NCBI GenBank assembly: GCA_963827755.1
Contig: CAWHCQ010000035.1
Coordinates: forward strand, 62,368 to 126,367
From: an uncultured Gammaproteobacteria bacterium
GTDB taxonomy: Bacteria; Pseudomonadota; Gammaproteobacteria; UBA9214
Length of the DNA stretch: 64,000 bases
Direction of reading: 5' to 3'
How positions within the stretch are numbered: position 1 is the stretch's first letter; every line of letters starts with the position of its first letter. A model generated the notes under the pieces. The model saw nothing but the letters and a program-made list of their open reading frames with translations. It made no database searches and was not told the DNA's origin. Shown in pieces: positions 1 through 13,301 of the stretch. A program made the position numbers and the translations under genes.

Positions 1-1217
1 CGGAATATATATTTCAGATAACAACCCGCCTGCAGCCAGTCGGGATCATCATCCCGAACCCGGTTTTCATTGACCTGGAAATGCAATACCAGGGCCGGTA
101 CAACGGCCTGTTCGATTTCCCCGATCAGGTCTGCTCCCAGCCGCGGCAGGATCCTGCTGTTTGCTGTGTCATACCCCGCACCGCGCAATCCCTCGTCAGC
201 CTCCTCAAGCAGACGACGCAGATTCGATACGTCGTCCGCAGCCGCCTGCAACAAACCGGGCAGGCTGTCGAGCGCCTCCGGGAAGCCGTGAAAACTGCTG
301 TCAAGCTGCAGCAGCAGCACTTCATTCGCAGACTCCCGCACCGGCGATGCCTGCATGACTGCAACTTCCCCGCCGTCATCCGCCATCTCCAGAAATACCC
401 CCCCGGGCAGGGCAACCGGCAGGGCCAGGTTTTCACGAAAGCTGCTCCAGTAATCGCACAGATCCTGCGGGGGTGAAGTTTCCCGCGACCCGGCGTCATC
501 AATTGCATCGGCAATATCGCCGATCTGGCTGGAAACCTCTGCATCCGGAAACAGTGAAGTGAATGCCTGCCTGGAGCGCTCCGCCCGTCGCACATGGACA
601 TCGTGGAACAATACCCCGAGAAGCGGGACATCGAGCCCCAGGTGCTGCTTGAGCTCGAGGTTGAATGTGTGATGAAGTTCAGTCGCGTCGGCGGCACGGT
701 CCAGCTGGTTGATCAACAGGGACAACTCACCCTGAAAACCATTGCGCTGCAAAATTCGCAGCAGCGCAAAGGCCTCTGACCGGGAACGCGGATCCGCTGT
801 GATCACCAGGATGAGCTGCGGCGATGCCCGGCAGCATGCGAGCAGGGTACGCGGATCCATGCCGGAGGTATCCACCAGGAAATCATCGTAGCCGTCGGCA
901 GAATCCATCCCGGTTATGAGCTTCTGCACGACCTGTTCCGCTGCACGATCCCACTGTGACAAGGGCATACCGGGGGAAAGAACATCAACACCCAGGTAAC
1001 CCCTGCGCACCAGTGAGCCACCATGATCGGTCGAGCGACGCTGCAGCAGCTTTTCCCGGGGCAAGGCCAGCAGGTCATCAATCGAATGAGGTGAACCGCC
1101 CTGGCAGAACATCGCCGCCTGCCGTCCTCGACGCACCATCTCGAGCGCAAGGTTCAGGGCAAGGTGGGTTTTCCCCACCCGCTCAATACCACTGCAGAGT
1201 GTAATTATCCTGGTCAT
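1..1217 (-). CDS. MinD/ParA/FlhG(FleN)-like P-loop ATPase with long C-terminal extension (partial, runs off window start)
   Basis: Manual translation from ATG 1217: MTRIITLCSGIERVGKTHLALNLALEMVRRGRQ..., with 'YDDFLVDTSGM' (Walker B-like), 'LILVITADPRSRSEAFALLRIL' and 'LLINQ'. No stop before position 1, which probably explains its absence from the ORF track. Confidence 0.75.
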   Translation of the reverse strand, partial: MTRIITLCSGIERVGKTHLALNLALEMVRRGRQAAMFCQGGSPHSIDDLLALPREKLLQRRSTDHGGSLVRRGYLGVDVLSPGMPLSQWDRAAEQVVQKLITGMDSADGYDDFLVDTSGMDPRTLLACCRASPQLILVITADPRSRSEAFALLRILQRNGFQGELSLLINQLDRAADATELHHTFNLELKQHLGLDVPLLGVLFHDVHVRRAERSRQAFTSLFPDAEVSSQIGDIADAIDDAGSRETSPPQDLCDYWSSFRENLALPVALPGGVFLEMADDGGEVAVMQASPVRESANEVLLLQLDSSFHGFPEALDSLPGLLQAAADDVSNLRRLLEEADEGLRGAGYDTANSRILPRLGADLIGEIEQAVVPALVLHFQVNENRVRDDDPDWLQAGCYLKYIF

Positions 1218-1335
1218 AGCCGTTATTATTGTTGAGGATTGCGCACACCAACCCGTTTATACGTGTCAGCCCTGCTGTACATTACCTGTTTCAGGCTATT
1301 GTAACCCAATCCGGGCTGCTGATGGCTGACGGGAC

Positions 1336-1518
1336 CTAGCGGGTCAATTCATCTGTTTGCCGGCGCTGCTGCCGACTTGATTCCAGCAGCATATTCTCGA
1401 CCTCACCGGCCTTTTCAATCATATCGGTCTTCCCCTTCCAGACATGCCCTTCCTGTGGATCACCACAGCCGTGACAGACCAGCGTCGCCACAAGCAGCAG
1501 CGGTAATGGTTTGTACAT
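1336..1518 (-). CDS. small putative lipoprotein (60 aa)
   Basis: AGGAGG RBS before ATG 1518; MYKPLPLLLVATLVCHGC has a hydrophobic signal and lipobox-like Cys, followed by a charged helical tail. Confidence 0.6.
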   Translation of the reverse strand: MYKPLPLLLVATLVCHGCGDPQEGHVWKGKTDMIEKAGEVENMLLESSRQQRRQTDELTR

Positions 1519-1540
1519 GTCAGCTTCCTCCTGTTTCGGC

Positions 1541-3847
1541 CTAAAATCTGCGTGCTGCAACAAGCCAGTCAATCATCTCCGCGCATCTTATTGGCTTGCT
1601 GATGTAATACCCCTGGAAATAGTCACAGCCCATAGCCTTCAGCTGATGCTGTACTGCCAGGCTCTCCACCCCTTCGGCGGTCACCGTGAGCCCCATACTG
1701 TGGGCGAGATCAATCGTGGCCCGGACGATGGCAGCATTGTCTTCATCCGTATCCATGTCGATCACAAATGACTTGTCGACCTTGAGGGTATGCACCGGCA
1801 GTCGCCTTAGATAGACCAGCGACGAATGCCCGGTACCAAAATCATCGATCGACAGTTTCAGGCCCATTGCCGCCATCCGGCCGAGCATATCGACCACCTG
1901 TTCAGGATCGAGCATAACCCCCGTTTCTGTAATCTCGATCAACAGTGATTGCGGCCGCAGCCGGTTGCGCTGCAGTGACTGGTCAATTGCATCGATTAGC
2001 CCCAGGTCATGCAGATTATGCATGGAAAGATTGATGCCGCTGCGTAAACCGGGTTTGCTCTTTTGCATCAGCGCCAGCTCCCGACATGCAGTTTCAATGA
2101 CCCACTCGGAGAGCTGCTTGATCAGGCCGCTTTGTTCCGCGACTCGAATAAATGTTTCCGGCATCATCAGCTTGCCGTCACGCTGCTGCCAGCGCAACAA
2201 TGCCTCCAGGTAGCTCACCTCGCCCGTGGCAAAGTCGATTACCGGTTGATACACGAGGTAGAGGTCATCCGGTTCAATGTCTTTTCTCAGGATACTGTCA
2301 AGTGATTCCCTTGCCAGGTCGCTGGTTACCTCGCTTGCAGGATCATAGATGGCGTAGGCCTGTTTGCTGTTCTTCACCGAATACATCGCCTGGTCGGCAT
2401 AGCGCAACAGTGATTCGGAATCCTCGGCATGCTCGGGCAGCAGCGAGATACCGATACAAACAGATGCGGAGAGCTTGTGCCCTTCAATCTCGAACCCGGA
2501 TTCCATGGATTGAATGATCTTCCCGGCAACCTGTATCGCCTGCTGCCGGTCCGTATCAGGAAGAATGACGACAAACTCATCACCGCCAAGACGTGCGAGG
2601 GTATCCGATTCACGCAACTCGTTGCCGATACGGCTGACCACATCTTTCAGCAGCAGGTCACCTGTGTGGTGACCGAGCAGATCATTGACATATTTAAAGC
2701 GCACCATGTCTATCAGCAAGAGTGCTGCTGTCAATGGTGCCCTGCGGTGTTCTGCAATCAGTTGCTTCAACCGGTCTTCCAGCAAGGCGCGGTTATAGGT
2801 GCCGGTCAGCGGGTCCCTGATCGCCATATCATGCAGTGACTTGTATAACTCACCGAGCGCATGAAAACTGACCGGCGCCGTCGCCTCTTCTGCATTCGAG
2901 GCAGCGGAATCATTCTGCTTGTTGCCGGCCCATCTGTCCCGGAGCTGAAAACTCAGATCCTTGAGTGGCTTGAAAACCGAATACTTGACAAGCACCAGGG
3001 CGAACGCGACAGTCGTCAGGATGATCAGGACCACCACGAGCAACAGGCGGTTGTTGGTTATATCCAGCTTCATGACCAGGGCATCGGCATTGCGAACCGA
3101 GGTGATTGTCAATGCCGGGCGCGAATCGTCGGCCCTGAGAATATAATCCGCCCTGACAATGGCCGTTCCACCCTGTTCCTGCCAGCCGGGCGAACTGGAA
3201 ACAGCACTGCCATCCATCAGTGTAATCTGCAAGGGCATATCCATTTGTTCACCGGCCCTGCCAAGTTGCGGTACCGGGTTGACAAGCATCTGCAAATATC
3301 CCGTCGGTTCAGGCCCGCCTATCGCTTCCATCACTGCAAGAAAAGGAACGCTTTCAACAACGCAAAGCTCATGGGCCGGTTTAAACCGGTCGGCATTGCG
3401 TCGCTTGCGCATCCCGTCGACCAGGCCGGAACAATACACTCCGCCGGGACCGGCACGGACGGCCGTTTTCGAAACCGAGGCAAGCAGGTCAAAATCACTA
3501 TCAAACGCAAACATGCCCGCCATCTCGATGTTGCTCGAGGATGCCGTTGCCAGCCGGAACTGCTCCTCGAGAACGCTGGTAACGGCATCCCTGTCTTTGG
3601 CATCGAATGCAACCCCGAAGCTATCGGTGTTCTGAATCTGCAGTCCCAGGCGTCTTGCTTCCTCTACAGCTTCACTGATCAGCTCCGCCACCTTCACCTC
3701 GACCAGGCGGGCCATGTACTGGCGCTGGAGATCAATGGCCAGTTGCCGATAGGTCTGCGCACTGACAAACACCGTTGCCGCACTGATCACGCCCACCAGG
3801 ATAATTGCGAGTACCAGGCCAGATAACAGGTTGATATGTTTTTTCAT
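1541..3847 (-). CDS. membrane-anchored diguanylate cyclase/phosphodiesterase (2 TM + periplasmic domain + GGDEF + EAL)
   Basis: RDPLTGTYNR, RESD (I-site) before LARLGGDEF, EALLRW, EITE, DDFGTGHSSL, AEGVE, QGYY. Confidence 0.92.
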   Translation of the reverse strand: MKKHINLLSGLVLAIILVGVISAATVFVSAQTYRQLAIDLQRQYMARLVEVKVAELISEAVEEARRLGLQIQNTDSFGVAFDAKDRDAVTSVLEEQFRLATASSSNIEMAGMFAFDSDFDLLASVSKTAVRAGPGGVYCSGLVDGMRKRRNADRFKPAHELCVVESVPFLAVMEAIGGPEPTGYLQMLVNPVPQLGRAGEQMDMPLQITLMDGSAVSSSPGWQEQGGTAIVRADYILRADDSRPALTITSVRNADALVMKLDITNNRLLLVVVLIILTTVAFALVLVKYSVFKPLKDLSFQLRDRWAGNKQNDSAASNAEEATAPVSFHALGELYKSLHDMAIRDPLTGTYNRALLEDRLKQLIAEHRRAPLTAALLLIDMVRFKYVNDLLGHHTGDLLLKDVVSRIGNELRESDTLARLGGDEFVVILPDTDRQQAIQVAGKIIQSMESGFEIEGHKLSASVCIGISLLPEHAEDSESLLRYADQAMYSVKNSKQAYAIYDPASEVTSDLARESLDSILRKDIEPDDLYLVYQPVIDFATGEVSYLEALLRWQQRDGKLMMPETFIRVAEQSGLIKQLSEWVIETACRELALMQKSKPGLRSGINLSMHNLHDLGLIDAIDQSLQRNRLRPQSLLIEITETGVMLDPEQVVDMLGRMAAMGLKLSIDDFGTGHSSLVYLRRLPVHTLKVDKSFVIDMDTDEDNAAIVRATIDLAHSMGLTVTAEGVESLAVQHQLKAMGCDYFQGYYISKPIRCAEMIDWLVAARRF

Positions 3848-3939
3848 AGAGAGTCGGGGCTACGCCTGAACGGGTGCTATGTCGGGATCTTGCTTGCGTT
3901 TAAAAGCGGGACAGCTCCGGTTTGCATGATTGGTAATTT

Positions 3940-6686
<2,747 letters not shown>

Positions 6687-6709
6687 CGAGACGACTATTC
6701 TCCGCTGTC

Positions 6710-9700
6710 CTACATCGCAACCATTTGAACAGCCGCATCCACATCGACCGCAACCAGCCGCGACACGCCCGGTTCGTGCATCGTCACACCCGTCAGCTGA
6801 TTTGCCATTTCCATGGTGATCTTGTTGTGGGTGATGAAAATAAACTGAATATGCTCGGACATCTGCTTGACCATGTCGCAGTAACGACCGACATTGGTGT
6901 CATCGAGTGGCGCATCCACCTCGTCGAGCATGCAGAAAGGTGACGGGTTCAGCTTGAAGATCGAAAACACCAGGGCAATGGCCGTCAATGCCTTCTCACC
7001 GCCGGAAAGCAGATGAATGGTACTGTTGCGTTTGCCGGGAGGCCGCGCCATCACCGTAACCCCTGTGTCCAGCAGGTCTTCCCCTGTGAGTTCGAGGTAG
7101 GCATGCCCGCCACCGAACAGGGTCGGGAAATTCTCCTGCAAACCGGTGTTGACCTGTTCAAAGGTTTCCTTGAAGCGTGACCGGGTTTCGCGATCGATCT
7201 TGGCAATCGCATTTTCAAGCGTTGTCAGCGCCTCGGTTAAATCGAGATGCTGGGCATCGAGGTAGACCTTGCGCTTTGACTCTTCTTCAAACTCGTCAAT
7301 GGCGGCCAGGTTGATCGGACCGAGCCGGTCGATGCGCCGTTCCAGCTTTTCAGCACGTTCGGACCATGCCTCGAGCGTTGCATTCTCGTCCAGCTCGTCG
7401 AGCAGCGGCCTGAAATCAAAACCGGCGGCGTTGATCTGCTCAAGCAGCGTATCGCTGCGCACCTTGACTTCCTGCCAGGCCATGCGCTCCTGTTCGATCT
7501 GTTCACGCTGGCTGCTCACAGAGCGTTCCTTCCTGATGCGCTCCTGGTCGAGCTCACGTACGCCATGCTCGATGTCTTCGACCTGTTTCCTGGCAGCCGA
7601 CAGTTCGCCTTCGACCGTCGAGCGATTCGCCATCAATCCCTGCAGTTCACGCTCCAGGTCCACGATCGGGGTGTCGCCCTGGCCGAGAATCGCTTTCAGT
7701 TCGTCACGACGTGTCGCCAGCTGGCCGCATTGCTCACGCATCCGCTCCAGCGCATGCTCCGTGGCCCGCTGCGTCGTACGCACGGATTCCGCACGCAAGG
7801 CAAGTTCATGCACTGCCTGCTGGTCATTGCGTGCCTGTTCACGCGCATCATCCAGCAGGCCACTCAGGTGCTGTTGCTTGCGGGTGCGCTCCGCGCGCTC
7901 CGCGCCAAGTGCTTCAATTTCGGTGAGGGCCTGCTGCAGCAGCATTTGCGCATTGGCACGTTCCCGTGCCTCGTCTTCCTGCTGGTTGCGCAGTGCCTGT
8001 GATTCTTTCAGGACAGTCTCGCTGCGGCTGTGTTCCTGTTCAAACCGCGACTTGACGGCAGCCAGGCGTGCCTGCAGGTCAGCGGCCTGGTGATGCGCCT
8101 CGTTATAGTCGCGCTGCAAACTCTCACGTTCCGACTCAAAAGCCAGCAGCTGCTCACGCGCCTGCGCAATCGAGGCGCGGAGGACTTCAAGGTTGGCCGA
8201 TTGTGCCGCAGACTGCGCGGTCAGCTCGCTGATTTCACGTTCGCGGGCGAGTACACCGGCCTTCTCGTCGGCATCGCGTGCCACCCGCAACCAGCCGTTG
8301 CCGATCCAGACACCTTCCTGAGTAATGACCGATTCGTGCGCACCCAGTGCAGCGCGCATGCCGAGCGCCTGTGAGAGTGATTCGGCCACGTAGACGCCGT
8401 CCAGCAGGGCTGTCAACGGCCAGGGGGACTGCACCTTGTCGGTCAGCGGCACACCCTTGCTGCCTGCAGAATCCGCGATGCCGGTGGCGCCGGTATCAAA
8501 CAGTGCGACCGCACCCTCTTCCAGCCCGGCCAGCCACTGTTCCGCGTTTTCCAGGCCTTCGACGCAAACCGCTTCAAGATAGGAACCCAGCGCGGTTTCC
8601 ACGGCATGTTCCCAGCCCGGCTCTACCTGTATCTGCTGCACCAGCCGGGGCGCTGATTGCAGGCCGTTCGATTTCAGCCAGCCGCTGACCTGTTCGGAAC
8701 GCTTGCCCAGTGCGGCATTCTGCAGGGTTTCCAGCGAGGCCAGCTTGCCGCGCGTATCGTGGTAAATACTGAGCAAGGCCGACTGTTCCTGTTCGTGTTG
8801 CTGCAGGCCGTTACGCGTCGCGGTTATTTGCCGGACCGCTGCATCCTGCTTCACCTGGATATCGTCAACAACCGTTTCGCGAACTTCACACTCACGCGCC
8901 AGTTGTTCGATTTCTTTTTCAAGCGACCCGTCACCCAGGGACTGCTGTTCCTGGTCCATGCGCTGCAACCGTTCATCAAGTTGCTGCATATGACGTTCGA
9001 GATGATCAAGCCGGGTGCGTTCGACCTGTGCCGACTGGGCACGCTCTGCCGCGCGTTGATTGAACTCGTCCCATTCTTCCTGCCAGGCACGCATCGACTG
9101 TTCGATTTCTTTCAGCATGGTGGCGGACTGTTCGGCCTGAGCTTGTTGGGCATCCAGCTCGGGAGAAATAGTTTCAAGGTCACGCGCCAGCTCTTGCAGG
9201 CTGGAAGTATCGATAAGAATATGCTCTTCGATTTCACCGAGGGTCTTTTCAGACCGGGAAAATTCCTGTTCCTGCTGCTGGCGTGATTCCCGGCTGTGCT
9301 GAATCGCCTGCTCAACGCGCGCTACATCCGCACCCAGCTTGTAGTAGCGGCCCTGCACGGTATTGAATGCTTCATTGGCGGCGGTAAGACTTATGCGCAA
9401 TTTTTCCAGCTCGGCTTCGATGCTGCGTTGCGCAGCCAGCTCGGCCTGCATGGCCAGTTCACGTTCCTGCAGCTGCTGCTGACGCTGCGAACTCTCCTCG
9501 TGCATGGCGTTATAGCGCAGCGACAGCAATTCAGCCTTGACCTGGCGCTCTTCTTCCTTGAGTTCCTTGTAGCGCGCCGCTGCACGCGACTGGCGTTTCA
9601 ATTTATCGAGTTGCTTGTCGATCTCTTCGAGCAGGTCATTCAGGCGATCAAGATTTTCACGTGTATGGCGAATACGGGTCTCGGTCTCACGCCGGCGTTC

Positions 9701-10222
9701 CTTGTACCTGGAAATGCCGGCGGCCTCCTCGAGGAACGCACGCAGGTCATCCGGCTTGGCCTCGATCAGGCGTGAAATCGTACCCTGCTCGATAATCGAG
9801 TAACTGCGCGGACCGAGTCCGGTGCCGAGGAAGATATCGGTGATATCACGCCGCCGGCAGCGCGTATTGTTGAGGAAATAATTGGACGTGCCGTCGCGGG
9901 AAACCTGGCGACGGATGGATATTTCACTGTAGGCGGCGTATTCCCCGCCGATGGTGCCGTCGGAATTATCGAACACCAGTTCAATACTGGCGTGCCCGAC
10001 CGGTTTGCGCGCATTCGAGCCGTTGAAGATGACATCCGCCATGGACTCGCCACGCAGGTTCTTCGCCGAGCTCTCGCCCATCACCCAGCGCACGGCATCG
10101 ATAATATTCGATTTACCGCAGCCGTTCGGGCCAACGACGCCAACGAGATTACTGGGGATATAGATCGTGGTCGGATCGACGAAGGATTTGAAGCCCGCCA
10201 GCTTGATTTTGGTCAATCGCAT
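6710..10222 (-). CDS. smc: chromosome segregation protein SMC
   Basis: GFKSF, GPNGCGKSN, hinge and coiled coils, LLSGGEKAL, LDEVDAPLD. Confidence 0.98.
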   Translation of the reverse strand: MRLTKIKLAGFKSFVDPTTIYIPSNLVGVVGPNGCGKSNIIDAVRWVMGESSAKNLRGESMADVIFNGSNARKPVGHASIELVFDNSDGTIGGEYAAYSEISIRRQVSRDGTSNYFLNNTRCRRRDITDIFLGTGLGPRSYSIIEQGTISRLIEAKPDDLRAFLEEAAGISRYKERRRETETRIRHTRENLDRLNDLLEEIDKQLDKLKRQSRAAARYKELKEEERQVKAELLSLRYNAMHEESSQRQQQLQERELAMQAELAAQRSIEAELEKLRISLTAANEAFNTVQGRYYKLGADVARVEQAIQHSRESRQQQEQEFSRSEKTLGEIEEHILIDTSSLQELARDLETISPELDAQQAQAEQSATMLKEIEQSMRAWQEEWDEFNQRAAERAQSAQVERTRLDHLERHMQQLDERLQRMDQEQQSLGDGSLEKEIEQLARECEVRETVVDDIQVKQDAAVRQITATRNGLQQHEQEQSALLSIYHDTRGKLASLETLQNAALGKRSEQVSGWLKSNGLQSAPRLVQQIQVEPGWEHAVETALGSYLEAVCVEGLENAEQWLAGLEEGAVALFDTGATGIADSAGSKGVPLTDKVQSPWPLTALLDGVYVAESLSQALGMRAALGAHESVITQEGVWIGNGWLRVARDADEKAGVLAREREISELTAQSAAQSANLEVLRASIAQAREQLLAFESERESLQRDYNEAHHQAADLQARLAAVKSRFEQEHSRSETVLKESQALRNQQEDEARERANAQMLLQQALTEIEALGAERAERTRKQQHLSGLLDDAREQARNDQQAVHELALRAESVRTTQRATEHALERMREQCGQLATRRDELKAILGQGDTPIVDLERELQGLMANRSTVEGELSAARKQVEDIEHGVRELDQERIRKERSVSSQREQIEQERMAWQEVKVRSDTLLEQINAAGFDFRPLLDELDENATLEAWSERAEKLERRIDRLGPINLAAIDEFEEESKRKVYLDAQHLDLTEALTTLENAIAKIDRETRSRFKETFEQVNTGLQENFPTLFGGGHAYLELTGEDLLDTGVTVMARPPGKRNSTIHLLSGGEKALTAIALVFSIFKLNPSPFCMLDEVDAPLDDTNVGRYCDMVKQMSEHIQFIFITHNKITMEMANQLTGVTMHEPGVSRLVAVDVDAAVQMVAM

Positions 10223-10317
10223 GGACGCTGAGATTACCCGATTAATGCCGAAAAATACAAGCTTTTGTTATTCTCCGGCACTTGCACACATCATCTTGTG
10301 TCCGTACCCTTTGGCCC

Positions 10318-10707
10318 ATGTCGACCCAACCGAGCAGGGACCTGGACACCTTTGCCAGTCCGCACCCCGAACGCGATTACAGCATCCGCATCCGCATGCC
10401 GGAATTCACCTGCCTGTGCCCGAAAACCGGCCAACCGGATTTCGCCACCCTGCACCTTGAATATGTCCCGGACCAGCGCTGCGTCGAGCTGAAGTCGCTG
10501 AAGCTGTATATCTGGTCGTTTCGTGATGAGGGCGCCTTTCACGAGGACGTCACCAACCGCATCCTCGATGACCTGGTGGCGGCCTGCCAGCCGCGCTTCA
10601 TGCGCCTGCGCGCTGAATTCTATGTCCGTGGCGGCATCTACACCGACGTGGTGGTCGAACACCGCCAGCCGGGCTGGACGCCGCAGCCCGTCGTGGATAT
10701 ATCATAA
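10318..10707 (+). CDS. queF: NADPH-dependent preQ0 reductase (short single-T-fold QueF)
   Basis: [31 protein letters not shown]; likely start ATG 10318. Confidence 0.93.
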   Translation: MSTQPSRDLDTFASPHPERDYSIRIRMPEFTCLCPKTGQPDFATLHLEYVPDQRCVELKSLKLYIWSFRDEGAFHEDVTNRILDDLVAACQPRFMRLRAEFYVRGGIYTDVVVEHRQPGWTPQPVVDIS

Positions 10708-10733
10708 CTATATTGTTTTTATTATAATTATAG

Positions 10734-10826
10734 TCTCGCGCAAAGGCGATAGAAACCGAAACCCGATTGCCACAGATATAGCGATTTCTGAATTTTTCTT
10801 CGCGGTCTTTGCGGCTTTGCGCGAGA
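10734..10826. repeat. short palindromic element with 12-bp inverted ends
   Basis: TCTCGCGCAAAG (10734-10745) and CTTTGCGCGAGA (10815-10826) in the queF-kinase intergenic region. Confidence 0.5.
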
Positions 10827-10879
10827 TGTTTTTCGATTGGCAAACTACCTCGCAAAGCCACCCGTAACCGGAAAAGCGC

Positions 10880-12172
10880 ATGACACTTTACCTGGGCATC
10901 GATATCGGCACCTCGGCCTGCCGCAGCTGTGTCATCGACGCGGATGCCCGTCATACAGGCGGAGGCCCGCACCCCGCTGCCTGCCCCGGTGCGCAGCGGT
11001 GCCGGCGTCGAGCAGGACCCGGAGTGCTGGTGGCAGGCGCTGACCGACAACCTCGATGAACTGGCCGGCCGGGTCCCGCTGGCAGCCGTTTCGGCCATCA
11101 CCCTCGACGCCACCTCCTCGACCCTGCTCTGCAGCGACGGCGCGGGCAGGCCGTTGACCCCGGGCTTGATGTACAACGACGCCCGCGCCGGTCGCCAGGC
11201 CGGGCAGCTCGCCCGTATCGTGCCCGATGGCAGCGCCGCCCATGGCGCCAGTGCCAGCCTGGCAAAACTGCTCTGGCTGCTGCAGTCCCCGGCCGGCAAG
11301 CAGGCCCGCTACGCCCTGCACCAGGCCGACTGGCTGATCGGCCGCCTCTGTGGCCGCTTCGGAATCAGCGATGAAAACAATGCCCTGAAACTCGGCTATG
11401 ACATTATCCAGCGCCGCTGGCCGGACTGGCTCGCCGCGGCTGGACATCCCGCCATCACTGTTTCCGCAGGTGGTGCCGGCAGGCCAGGTCATCGGCCGGC
11501 TGAGTGACGAATACTGCCGGCGCTGGGGGTTTTCGACAGGCACACGCGTGACCAGCGGTACGACCGACAGCACCGCAAGCTTCGTGGCGACACAGGCCGG
11601 GGCGGGTGAAGCCGTCACCTCGCTGGGCAGCACGCTGGTGTTGAAAGTGCTGTCGCGCTGAACCGCTGTTTGCACCTGAAAACGGCATCTACAGTCATCG
11701 CCTTGGCAATCTCTGGCTGGCCGGTGGCGCCTCCAACAGTGGTGGCGCTGTGTTGCTGCACTATTTCAGCCTGGCCGAAATCAGCCGCATGACGGCATTG
11801 TTGAAACCGGACCAGCCAACCGGGCTGGATTACTACCCCCTGCTGTCTGCGGGTGAGCGCTTTCCGGTGAACGACCCGCAACTGGCCCCGCGCCTCGAAC
11901 CCCGCCCGAAGGACGACGCCGTTTTCTTCCAGGGCATGCTCGAAGGGATCGCGGCCATTGAAAAAACCGGCTACCGGCGACTGGCGGAACTGGGCGCGCC
12001 CTGGCCCGAAAAAGTCATCACCACCGGGGGCGGCGCCGCGAACCACGCCTGGCAAACCATCCGCTCGCGCTGCCTGGGCATCCCGGTCGTCGCCGCCGAA
12101 CACCAGCAGGCCGCCTATGGCGCGGCATTACTGGCCCGCAGGAGCGCTCGACCTGATCAATCAACCCTGTAG
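10880..12172 (+). CDS. FGGY carbohydrate kinase, SePSK/AtXK1-like (putative D-ribulose kinase); several frameshifts
   Basis: Fragments across frames: LGIDIGTS, LMYND, SASLAKLLWL, HQADW, SDENNALKLGYD, GTTDS, SLGSTLVLK, GLDYYPL, GERFPVNDP, TGGGAAN. Confidence 0.85.
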
Positions 12173-12316
12173 GAGCCAGCGCCAGCTGGCGAATGCTCGC
12201 GATGCCTCGAAAAACCTTCGCGAGCTGGCGCTGCCTACAGGTCGATTGTTTGATCAGGAGCGGATACATCGCCACAGGCATCAGAAACCGCTGTAGGAGC
12301 GGATCTCATCCGCGAT
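12166..12316. repeat. REP cluster (GTAG-type REP doublet plus single REP)
   Basis: CCTGTAGGAGCCAGCGCCAGCTGGCGAA...TTCGCGAGCTGGCGCTGCCTACAGG inverted pair (12166-12241); GTAGGAGCGGATCTCATCCGCGAT at 12293-12316. Confidence 0.7.
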
Positions 12317-12392
12317 TACAATACAGCACAGGTCAAGGCCGCAAGCGACACTCATCCAATCCGAAGCAACGCACCACAGGACACTAACAGAC

Positions 12393-13282
12393 ATGAACAA
12401 CAAACACTCAGGCGCACACTACTTGCTGGAAGGACTGCGGCTTATTCGCCAACCCGGCCTGCGCCGCTACGTCGCCATCCCGCTGCTGATCAGCACGACC
12501 GTCTTTGCCGGGGCCATTTTCGGCGCCAGTCATCTGGCTGGACAGCCTGATCAGCGTGCTGCTTGAGCTACCTGCCATCCTGGCTGAACTGGCTGCGTTA
12601 CCTGCTCTTGCCCCTGTTTTACATTGTCGGCCGTGCTGATTATTTTTTACAGCTTCTCGCTGATCACCAACCTGATTGCAGCACCCTTCAACGGCATGCT
12701 GGCCGAAGCGGTCGAGCAACACCTGACGGGGCAGACGATCGCAACCGGCGGCTGGAAGGCCATCATGAAGGACCTGCTGCCCAGCCTGTTTGCCGAGCTG
12801 CGCAAGTTGCTCTATTTCATTATTCGCGCCATTCCACTGGGAGCTGCTGTTCCTGATCCCGGGCATCAACCTGGCCGCGCCCGTTTATCTGGGGCCTGTT
12901 CAGCGCATGGATGCTGGCGATCGAATACATCGATTACCCGATGGCCAATCACCTGCTGCATTTTTCCGCGCAGAAAAAACTGTTGCGCCAGCGCAGGCTG
13001 CTCTCCTATGGTTTCGGCGGCAGCTCCCTGCTGATGACAATGATCCCGGTGGTCAATTTCTTCGCCATGCCGGTATCCGTTGCGGGCGCAACGGCGATGT
13101 GGGTCGGGGAACTGAAGGCGATGGCAGCCGGACAGAGCAAAACGAACACAGCAAGGCGCGGACATGAATCCGTAGCAAGATCCTGCTGCAGAATCCCAGT
13201 TCGCGGCACTTGCAGAATGCGCGCTCCTACAGGATATCGATTGCAGCTCATCGCAGGAGCGCTTCGTCATCAGCGCGAGTAA
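12393..13282 (+). CDS. cysZ: sulfate transporter CysZ (EI24 family); multiple frameshifts, 3' end uncertain
   Basis: MNNKHSGAHYLLEGLRLIRQPGLRRYVAIPLLIS; NLIAAPFNGMLAEAVE; WMLAIEYIDYPMANH; IPVVNFFAMPVSVAGAT. Confidence 0.85.
13172..13280. repeat. degenerate GTAG-type REP cluster downstream of cysZ
   Basis: GTAGCAAG...GCGCGCTCCTACAGG and GCAGGAGCGCTTCGTCATCAGCGCG resemble the 12166-12316 units. Confidence 0.45.
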
Positions 13283-13301
13283 ATCCTGCCACCCCATGCA
13301 C

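Noticed and set aside
10223-10317. preQ1 riboswitch upstream of queF
   Set aside because: No preQ1 stem-loop and A-rich tail consensus seen; this is a short divergent promoter region shared with smc.
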